A stretch of DNA of 64,000 nucleotides from Longimicrobiales bacterium (lineage in GTDB: Bacteria; Gemmatimonadota; Gemmatimonadetes; Longimicrobiales; Gaopeijiaceae): assembly GCA_041690395.1 (NCBI GenBank), contig JAWLHJ010000001.1, forward strand, positions 800,001 through 864,000. Direction: 5' to 3'. Below are positions 56,888 to 64,000 of the stretch, piece by piece (the first letter of the stretch is position 1; the number at the start of each line of letters is the position of its first letter). The notes under the pieces were generated by a model that saw only the letters and a program-made list of their open reading frames with translations, did not search any database and had not been told where the DNA came from. The translations under genes and the position numbers were made by a program.

Positions 56888-57858
56888 TGCACATCCGATA
56901 CCGCAGAGACCACTTCGCCCGGCTGCTGGGCCTGTCGGGAGAGCGGCTCACCGAGGCCGACGCGAGGCCCGAGCTTGCCGCCCTCGGAGGCGGAGGCACG
57001 CCCGACGAGTACGAGCCGAGGCAGCTCTCGGCGTACCGGAAGGCCCTCGGGCGCCGACCCTCGCGGCAGCCGCTTCGTCATCAGCTCTTTCTCAACTTCA
57101 AAGGTGGCACCGGCAAGACCAGCCTCTCCGTTTCGTACGCGTACCGGCTTGCGGAGATGGGACACCGGGTTCTTCTCGTGGATCTCGACTCCCAGGGGCA
57201 CGCGACCCAGCACATGGGCTTCCAGGGCGAAGAGTGCGAGCACACGCTCTACGACGTGCTGGTGCACCGGCTGCCGGCGTCGCAGGCCATCATCGACACC
57301 GAGCTCGAGGAGTTCGACCTCCTGCCGGCGAATCTCGGCATGAGCACGGTAGAGTTGGCGCTGATGCCGCTGGCAGGGCGTGAGTACCGCCTGAAGAAGG
57401 CGCTCGAGGAGGTGGCGGACCGCTACGAGTTCATCGTGATGGACGCGCCGCCGTCGTTCGGGCTCCTGAACCTGAACGCGCTGATCGCGGCCGACGACCT
57501 CTTCGTTCCGGTCCTCCCCGACTTCCTCTCGTTCCACGGGTTGAAGCTGCTCTTCGAGACGCTGAGCGGGCTCGAGGACGATCTGGACCACACGCTCCAG
57601 CGTATCTTCATCGTGCTCAACCAGTACAATCCGACGACCAGGATCGCGCGGGAGGCGAAGGGGGCGCTGGAGAGCCACTACCCCGAGTTCCTCCTCAAGA
57701 CGATCGTTCGGCAGTGCACGAAGTTCGCGCAGGCGTCGAGTGAAGGCCTGCCCATCTGCGCCTTCAATCCGAAGAGCAAGGGCGCGAAGGACACGAACTC
57801 CCTCATCAACGAAGTGATGCGCGCTCCGCTCGCCGGGGCGCAGGAGAAGAGCGCATGA
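56887..57858 (+). CDS. pomZ: ParA/MinD ATPase, PomZ (AgmE)-like
   Basis: QLFLNFKGGTGKTSLS, DLDSQGHAT, DAPPSFGLLNLNAL, DFLSFHGLKLLFET, RQCTKFAQASSEG. TGATG coupling with the upstream gene. Confidence 0.8.
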   Translation: MHIRYRRDHFARLLGLSGERLTEADARPELAALGGGGTPDEYEPRQLSAYRKALGRRPSRQPLRHQLFLNFKGGTGKTSLSVSYAYRLAEMGHRVLLVDLDSQGHATQHMGFQGEECEHTLYDVLVHRLPASQAIIDTELEEFDLLPANLGMSTVELALMPLAGREYRLKKALEEVADRYEFIVMDAPPSFGLLNLNALIAADDLFVPVLPDFLSFHGLKLLFETLSGLEDDLDHTLQRIFIVLNQYNPTTRIAREAKGALESHYPEFLLKTIVRQCTKFAQASSEGLPICAFNPKSKGAKDTNSLINEVMRAPLAGAQEKSA

Positions 57859-58859
57859 CGGGTGGCTTCAACGCGAACGTGCCGGCACGCAAGCCGCGCA
57901 CACGGATCGGGCAGGTGCTCTCGGAGCTCACCTCCGAGGCGGACGAGGCGGCCGCCGAGGCGCAGGTCGAGGCGGACCTGGCCCAGGACGTGGAGTCGAC
58001 CGAGCAGGAGGCGAAGTCGGGGAAGGCCAGGAACGGGGCCGCCCAGGCGCGTCCGAAGAAGGAACGCGGTGCGCGGGAGGAGACGGAGCGCGCGTCCGCG
58101 GCCGATACCGACGCGGACGACGCCGACGCGACTCCCGCCCCGGCCACGGACAAGGCGCGTTCGGCCTCACCTCCCGCTACATCGCGCCCGGCCACTCCCT
58201 CCGATGCCTCACGCCTCGCCGCGGGACGCGAGCGGGTCGCTTCGCTGCGGGAGCGGCTGGCCCAGGCCCAGCGGGAGCCCGTCACGGCCGCCGAGCCGAA
58301 GCGCACGGCGGCCGCCGTCCTCGAGGTGGTGCAGGGACTCCGTGACCGACTGGACGAAGCCATCGCGGAGCGCGCGGAGATGGCGGACGCGCTCGACAAG
58401 GCGCGCACCGACCTCGCCCGGGCTCACGCCGACGTCGAGAAGGAGCGCAAGCTCCGCACCGCCGTCGAGGCCAAGGCGGAGGAGCGCGCCAGGATCGCGG
58501 CCGAAGCGGTCACTGAGGCAGAGGCGCTCGCCGCCGAGCGCGATCAGGTTCTGTCGGAGCTCGCCGAGCAGCGCCGCCTGGACGACGAGCAGAACGAGCT
58601 GCTGGCCGAAGCCGAGGCCGTGCTCGAGGCCCGGGACGAGGAGCGTGCCGCCGCGGCCGAAGAGATCGCCGGCCTCAGGGAGCAGCTCGAGACGCGCGCG
58701 GCCGAGATCGCGGAGTTGGAGAGCCGGATCCAGGCCGGGGCGGCCGATCGGGCGCGCCTGGAGGCACGCTGCCGGGACCTCGAAGCCGAGGTCGCCGAGC
58801 TCACCGAAGCCCGCGAGGCGCTCGAGGCCATCGAGGCGACGGTCAACCGGAAGCGCTGA
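57855..58859 (+). CDS. pomX: PomX-like protein: activating N-peptide, disordered linker, coiled coil
   Basis: N-terminus MTGGFNANVPARKPRTRIG; long C-terminal coiled coil; ATGA overlap with pomZ. Confidence 0.7.
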   Translation: MTGGFNANVPARKPRTRIGQVLSELTSEADEAAAEAQVEADLAQDVESTEQEAKSGKARNGAAQARPKKERGAREETERASAADTDADDADATPAPATDKARSASPPATSRPATPSDASRLAAGRERVASLRERLAQAQREPVTAAEPKRTAAAVLEVVQGLRDRLDEAIAERAEMADALDKARTDLARAHADVEKERKLRTAVEAKAEERARIAAEAVTEAEALAAERDQVLSELAEQRRLDDEQNELLAEAEAVLEARDEERAAAAEEIAGLREQLETRAAEIAELESRIQAGAADRARLEARCRDLEAEVAELTEAREALEAIEATVNRKR

Positions 58860-58955
58860 GCACGCCCTCCACCACGAGCAGGCGGCGACCGGACGCCTCC
58901 CGGGGCAGGGCCACGGGAGGCCGGCAGCGTCGTCGAGGTGCCCGAGGGGACCGAC

Positions 58956-59462
58956 TCACTCCGTGTGATGGAAGGTCGAGCCCACGAACCTCAGGAAGAT
59001 GAAGCCGGCCTGGCAGATGTTGGCGATGAGCGCGGTCACGTAGAGCGCGCCGGGATCAAAGCCACCGATGCCGAGAACGATGACCGCGAGGCCGGCTTGC
59101 TCGGCGATTTCGAGCGCCGTGACCACGACGACGGCGATCCTGTCGGGCGGGAAGTCGCCCCGCACCGGCTCGTAGGCCCGCAGGAACGACACGATGATGC
59201 TGTTGTCGAAGATCAGGAAGGCGACGGCCGACGCGCGCCACACCAGGTCCCCCTCCATGTACCCCGCCAGCCCGACGGGGATGAGGGCTCCTGCCACACC
59301 GGCCACGCCGCTGGCGATGACGAGCCGGAGCCTCAGTAGATCGTGCGCCGGCGCGGCGGTGCGCTGAAGCCCCCGGGGAATGACGCTGACCAGCGCGGCG
59401 AAGCCGGCGAACGCCGCTGCCACCTCGGCCATGGACAGTAGGGTATCGGCTTGCGGCAGCAT
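58956..59462 (-). CDS. Hypothetical membrane protein
   Basis: AEVAAAFAGFAAL followed by several hydrophobic helices. Confidence 0.7.
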   Translation of the reverse strand: MLPQADTLLSMAEVAAAFAGFAALVSVIPRGLQRTAAPAHDLLRLRLVIASGVAGVAGALIPVGLAGYMEGDLVWRASAVAFLIFDNSIIVSFLRAYEPVRGDFPPDRIAVVVVTALEIAEQAGLAVIVLGIGGFDPGALYVTALIANICQAGFIFLRFVGSTFHHTE

Positions 59463-59512
59463 GCGTGGAAGTCCTTTTGGGGGGCGCCGGGCAGGGCCGT
59501 CGGTGCGTCCGG

Positions 59513-62425
59513 CTAGCTCACCGGCCGCCGTCCCTTCACACCGTCCTTCTGCTCCAGGTATCCGAGCCCGTTCTCGATCCACTCGGGCGCGGGCTCGCCC
59601 TTCAGGTAATGCGCGAACCACTCCAGGATCCGGTTCTGGTAGTCGCGCTGGTTCGGCTCCTCCGCGAGACCGTGATTCTCACCTTCGTAAGCCAGAAACA
59701 CCATGTCCTTCCCGAGCCTGCGCGCGGCGTTGTAGAACTCGACCCCCTGGTTGAACTCGACCGCCCCGTCGTTGGTGCCGAACATCATCAGGAGAGGCGT
59801 CTCCATGTTCTCGATGTTGTGGACGGGTGAGTTGGCGTAGTAGCTGTCCCAATCCTCCCACCAGGGCACCTGCATGCGCCCCTGGCTGATCTCGAAGATG
59901 CGCGCGTCGGTGCCGCCGCTGTTCCAGTAGAACGACAGGTACATGCTCATGAGGTTCGTGAGCGGCGCGCCGGCAACCGCGGCGGTGAACAGGTCGTCCT
60001 GCGTGACGAAGAACGTGGTCTGGTATCCGCCCCACGAATGCCCGATGAGGCCCATGCGCTCCGGGTCGATGAGCCCGGTCTCGAGCACCGCCGCCACCGC
60101 GGGCCGCAGCGTCTCCACGTTGGACTGGCCCGGCCTGCGGTCCCTGTAGACGATGTCCGGCCGGAACACGAAATACCCTTCCTGGCTCCAGATCTGCTGG
60201 TTGTAGTACTGCGTGGGATCGGGGACCTGGTACTGGTGCATGCCCTGCGAGAGCAGCTCGTAGTGATACACGATCAGCGGATACTCGCGGCCCGGCTCGT
60301 AGTCCGCCGGGTAGGTCAGTACGCCCTGTAGCGGTCGTCCCCACTCGTTCTCGTAGTCGATCAGCTCGGTGCGACCCCACGCGTACGCATCGTGGAACGG
60401 GTTGGTGCGCGTCACCTGCACGGGGTTCGCCAGATCGGGCCCGGCCACGAAGTAGTCGGGCGAGTCGTCGAAGGCCTCCTGCCGGAACAGGAACACGTCG
60501 GCGTCGTCGGCCTTGCGGAGCCCTCCGCCGAAGCCGCCGAACGACTTGTCGTCCCAGACGAGCATCTGAGGCTCTTCGCCAAGCCGCGCCCGCGCGAAGC
60601 CGGCCTGCTTGGTCCACTCACCGTAGGTCGAGTAGTACAGGGGCTCGTCGGGGTCGAACGCGTCCGCTTCCGGATCGAGGCGCTGCAGGCGGTAGCGCAC
60701 CTCGTCGTCCGCGCCGCGGGTGAGCGCACGGCCGCCGGAGCCGTCCAGCCGCACCTCCCAGACGTCCCACTCGTCGTTGAGAAGCACGGCCGCGTCGTCC
60801 TCGAGCCATCCGGCGACCCCGAACGACGGCATCTGCTCGCGGGTCGGCGTCACGTCGAGGTTCACGAACCGCGTCGGTACTTCGGCGGTCAGGTTCCGCG
60901 TTTGTCCACTTCCGAGATCGTGCGCCCACCAGTGTTCGCCTTCGAACCAGATGGCGTAACGGCCCGCGGGGCTGAGGCCGGAGTTCTCGGCGCGCTCGCG
61001 GACGAGGGTCTTCTCTCCGGTTTCGACGTCGATGTCGTACAGATCGAAGAACTGCTGCCGGAACATGGCGTGCTCGTCGTAGGGCGTCTCGTCCATCCCG
61101 ATGGCGTTCGCGCCGCCGTCCGCGAGCTCGGTACGCTCGGTGAGGTCGTCGCCGAGCTGCACGAAGGCGCCCCGGTCCAGGTGCCAGGCGGTCAGATGGT
61201 TCGCTTCCCGGAGCTGCTCCTCACGCACCCGTTGCTGCGGGACGGGATCGACGTCGCGCGTATGCCAGATCTCCACGCCGGGAAGGTCGTCGTCATCCTC
61301 GCATTCGTCCGTGCCGTTCGCGCCGCTCGGACCGGATCCGTTCCCCGAACCTTCGCCGTCGTCCGTAGGCTCCTCCGTGGCACACGGCTCGGGCGCGGGT
61401 CGCCGCTCCTGGATGCCGACGAAGAGTGTCGAGCCGTCCGCCGACCACTCGGGCGCGCGGTGTTCCACCACGCGCATGCCCCGCGGCGTCTGGACGTTCC
61501 CGCCGCCGTCGAGCACGAAGCGGGTCGGCGAGGTGCCCTCCAGCCCACGCCAGGCGAGCACGACGTGCGCCGTATCCGCGTAGGCCGAGTCCTCCCGGGT
61601 GCGGAGCACGGCCAGGTCGGCGGCATCTTCGCGCCACTGTATCTCCCGGTACACGGCGTCGGCCTGGTCGAGGGCCCGCACCGTTCCGGCCGACGGATCG
61701 TAGAGCGACACGCCGTTGCCCACGCGGTCCGCCGCGTCGAGGGTCATGGCCAGGAGATGACCCTGGTCCGACCAGGCCACGCCAGAGACGTTGCCGAACA
61801 CCATCCGGTCTCCGGTGGCGAGCTCCTCCACGATCAGGTCGGCGCCGTCATGCTCCTGGTCCTCCAGACCGTACCGCTGGAGCGCCACGAAGCGCCCGTC
61901 CGCGGACAGGCTGAACGACGCCACGTCCTCGCGCACGTCCACGGTGCCGTTGGCGAGGTCGAGGATGCCCACGTCGTTCCGTACCGGGCGGTCGTCCTCC
62001 TCGGCCCCTTCCCGCTCCTCCTCGGCCCCTTCCCGCTCCTCCTCGGACTGCCCAATAGAGTACACGAGCCAGCGTCCGTCGTCCGAGAACGTCTGCCCCG
62101 AGCCGTAGCCCACCACGACCACCGAATCGGATCGGGTGTCGTGCACCCGCAGCTCGTCCTCGTCGTTCACCCGTGAGATCGAGACGGCGAGCCAGCGTCC
62201 GTCGGGCGACAGCTCGGCCTGCCCGAGCGATTCCCACTGGCCGTAGTCGTCGGGTCCGAGCGTCGGCCGCTCCTGGGCGGCGACCCGACCCGGCATCGCC
62301 GCGGCGAGGACGGCGAGCGCCAGCCCGGCGGTCGCCGGAAGCGCAGCGCTCACATGGCGAGCGAGGGCCTCCGTCGAGGAAGCGCGACCGTCGGAAGGGG
62401 CGTGGCGGCGGGGGGCGGGCTTCAT
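59513..62425 (-). CDS. Secreted S9 family peptidase (long form)
   Basis: GHSWGGY, DGAV, GENH; signal peptide; AGGAG ribosome-binding site before ATG 62425. Confidence 0.9.
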   Translation of the reverse strand: MKPAPRRHAPSDGRASSTEALARHVSAALPATAGLALAVLAAAMPGRVAAQERPTLGPDDYGQWESLGQAELSPDGRWLAVSISRVNDEDELRVHDTRSDSVVVVGYGSGQTFSDDGRWLVYSIGQSEEEREGAEEEREGAEEDDRPVRNDVGILDLANGTVDVREDVASFSLSADGRFVALQRYGLEDQEHDGADLIVEELATGDRMVFGNVSGVAWSDQGHLLAMTLDAADRVGNGVSLYDPSAGTVRALDQADAVYREIQWREDAADLAVLRTREDSAYADTAHVVLAWRGLEGTSPTRFVLDGGGNVQTPRGMRVVEHRAPEWSADGSTLFVGIQERRPAPEPCATEEPTDDGEGSGNGSGPSGANGTDECEDDDDLPGVEIWHTRDVDPVPQQRVREEQLREANHLTAWHLDRGAFVQLGDDLTERTELADGGANAIGMDETPYDEHAMFRQQFFDLYDIDVETGEKTLVRERAENSGLSPAGRYAIWFEGEHWWAHDLGSGQTRNLTAEVPTRFVNLDVTPTREQMPSFGVAGWLEDDAAVLLNDEWDVWEVRLDGSGGRALTRGADDEVRYRLQRLDPEADAFDPDEPLYYSTYGEWTKQAGFARARLGEEPQMLVWDDKSFGGFGGGLRKADDADVFLFRQEAFDDSPDYFVAGPDLANPVQVTRTNPFHDAYAWGRTELIDYENEWGRPLQGVLTYPADYEPGREYPLIVYHYELLSQGMHQYQVPDPTQYYNQQIWSQEGYFVFRPDIVYRDRRPGQSNVETLRPAVAAVLETGLIDPERMGLIGHSWGGYQTTFFVTQDDLFTAAVAGAPLTNLMSMYLSFYWNSGGTDARIFEISQGRMQVPWWEDWDSYYANSPVHNIENMETPLLMMFGTNDGAVEFNQGVEFYNAARRLGKDMVFLAYEGENHGLAEEPNQRDYQNRILEWFAHYLKGEPAPEWIENGLGYLEQKDGVKGRRPVS
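61995..62046. repeat. 21-bp in-frame tandem duplication (EEEREGA x2)
   Basis: tcctcctcggccccttcccgc twice plus a partial copy. Confidence 0.85.
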
Positions 62426-62602
62426 GGTCGTCTCCTCGTACGGCGGGTCCGCGGAACCGGATGAGGCCAGGATGGGGACCCGGCGTGAGGCCGGCAAGAG
62501 ATCGTCTCTGACAATGGCATGTTGTACAAAACGTCCATACGTTCCAACCTTCGACGGGGTGGCCCCGTCGGAGTGGGTGTAGCCACGAACGCTGGGGATC
62601 TC

Positions 62603-62857
62603 ATGAAACACGTGACGACCGCCGAGACGCGAAAGAACATGTCCGAGCTCATCAACCGGGCGGCCTACGGAGGCGAGCGGTTCGTCGTGACGCGGCACGG
62701 CAAGGGGCTGGTGGCCATCGTGCCCCTGGAGGACGCGACGCTCGTCGACCGGCTGCGCGGTCTGATCGCGGCGCGTGACTACGAGGGGGCGCTCCGGGAG
62801 ATGGCGGAGGCCGGCACCGTGCCCTGGGCAGACGTGCGTCGGGAGCTCGACCTCTGA
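62603..62857 (+). CDS. Phd/YefM family antitoxin
   Basis: ETRKNMSELINRA..GERFVVTRHGK..VAIVP...W..VRREL; TTGTACAA palindrome at 62522-62529. Confidence 0.88.
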   Translation: MKHVTTAETRKNMSELINRAAYGGERFVVTRHGKGLVAIVPLEDATLVDRLRGLIAARDYEGALREMAEAGTVPWADVRRELDL

Positions 62858-62884
62858 TGGCGCACTGGTGATGGGTCGCGGGTG

Positions 62885-64000
62885 ATGGATCGCTGGAGCC
62901 TCGAGCTGTCCCGGTCGGCCGTGGACGCGCTCCGGTCCCTGTCTCGCGACGAGCAGCGTGTCGTTGCCGAGCGGATGCGGCAGCTGGAGGTGTCGGGCCC
63001 GCCGCCCGGTTGGGGCGAAGGGGAGGGCGCGGCCGAGGGGGAGCCCAGCGCCGGGGCGTGGGAGACCTCGGCCGGGGGCCAGCACCTGTCGTGCCTCGTC
63101 CAGCCGGGGGACCGGAGGATCGTGGTGGTGACGCTCCGCCCCGCGGACGCGTCGCTCGGGGAGTTGGCGGGCCGGAGGGTTCGTCGGTGGATTCGCACAT
63201 GGACGGGAGGGGAAGGGATGGGGACACTGCTGCAGGATCTGCGCTTCACCTCGAGGTCGCTCCGCCGGAGTCCCGGCTTCACGGCTGTGGCCGTGCTCAC
63301 GCTCGGGCTCGGCATGGGAGCCGCCACGGCGATCTACAGCGTCGCCGACGGCGTGCTCTTCGAGCCGCTGCCGTACGGCGAGCCGGACGAGGTCGTCACG
63401 GTCTGGGCGAGCTGGAACAACTTCCCCGACCGCACCTGGCTCTCCGTACCGGAGTTCCAGCTCCTGCATCAGGAGGCCCGGGCGTTCGACGACATGGCGC
63501 TCTACCAGCTCGGCTCCGCGACGTTCACCACGGTCGATCGGCCGGAGCGGGTCGGCGCGGCAACGATGACGCCCAACGCCTTCTCGGTGCTCGGCGTGGA
63601 GCCGGTGGCCGGCCGCGTGTTCACCTGGGACGAGGCGCGGGACGAGGCCGACGTGGCCGTCATCGCGTACGAGACCTGGCAGCGCCGGTGGGACGGCGAT
63701 CCGTCCATCGTCGGTGGGACCGTTGAGATCGACGGCGGCACCGTCACCGTCCTGGGCGTCATGCCGGCGGGTTTCATCCTGCCGACAGACTTCGGCTCTC
63801 CTTCGCCGTCCGAGGTCTTCCGGCCCGGGTACGTCGATCTGGAGTCGCCGGCTCCCGACCTTGGCGGTGGCGGCAGCCACGGCTCATACGGGGTCGCGCG
63901 CCTCTACGATGGTCAGACCGTCGAGGACGCCCGCGCCGACGTGGAGCGGATCCTCGCGCAGAACGTCGAGCCGGTGGGGCTCTACGATCCGGAAGTCGCG
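62885..64000 (+). CDS. ADOP-family ABC permease with in-frame N-terminal RelE/ParE-like domain (3' end outside window)
   Basis: Frame open from 62885 to the window end (no stop, so absent from the ORF track). LLQDLRF..RSLRRSPGF...LTLGLG..A.TAIYS begins at the internal ATG 63218. Confidence 0.8.
   Translation, partial: MDRWSLELSRSAVDALRSLSRDEQRVVAERMRQLEVSGPPPGWGEGEGAAEGEPSAGAWETSAGGQHLSCLVQPGDRRIVVVTLRPADASLGELAGRRVRRWIRTWTGGEGMGTLLQDLRFTSRSLRRSPGFTAVAVLTLGLGMGAATAIYSVADGVLFEPLPYGEPDEVVTVWASWNNFPDRTWLSVPEFQLLHQEARAFDDMALYQLGSATFTTVDRPERVGAATMTPNAFSVLGVEPVAGRVFTWDEARDEADVAVIAYETWQRRWDGDPSIVGGTVEIDGGTVTVLGVMPAGFILPTDFGSPSPSEVFRPGYVDLESPAPDLGGGGSHGSYGVARLYDGQTVEDARADVERILAQNVEPVGLYDPEVA

Noticed and set aside
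56887..57858. Plasmid/chromosome partition ParAB
   Set aside because: No ParB or parS nearby; the flanking genes and motifs fit Pom proteins.
62426..63880. N-terminal extension of the 1455-aa minus-strand ORF
   Set aside because: Antisense shadow of phd and the permease; the peptidase has its own ribosome-binding site and signal peptide at 62425.
1..64000. Numerous long overlapping Arg/Pro/Gly-rich ORFs in the track (e.g. 3619-5043, 9016-10521, 41980-43983, 52699-54681)
   Set aside because: Typical high-GC antisense or alternative-frame shadows of motif-bearing genes.

Overview
High-GC bacterial chromosomal segment (about 70% GC by eye). The gene repertoire (ADOP-type permease, long secreted S9 peptidases) suggests Gemmatimonadota or Acidobacteriota; this is inference only. 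The first ~30 kb is a defence island. It holds a DUF6946-like nuclease, a decayed SBD-HNH, McrBC, a PUA-like/HNH nuclease, an ArdC/ImmA-like protein, several orphan genes and toxin-antitoxin (TA) modules. Its core is a six-gene, fully overlapped DISARM-like operon: SNF2 helicase > N6-adenine MTase > ABC-ATPase > PIN > RNA ligase > 2010-aa DUF1998 helicase fused to Vsr-like and LexA-type S24 domains. A PafBC-like WYL pair plus a vWA gene borders the island. The right half is mostly ordinary accessory genes. It also contains a 61-bp-period hairpin array, a NemR-like regulator with two operator boxes next to a truncated globin, an apparent pomY-pomZ-pomX division-positioning locus, and a Phd antitoxin followed by a degenerate RelE-like domain in frame with an ADOP permease that runs off the window end. 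No rRNA, tRNA, integrase/transposase or CRISPR-Cas was recognised. All family calls come from motif recognition and recall, not database searches.
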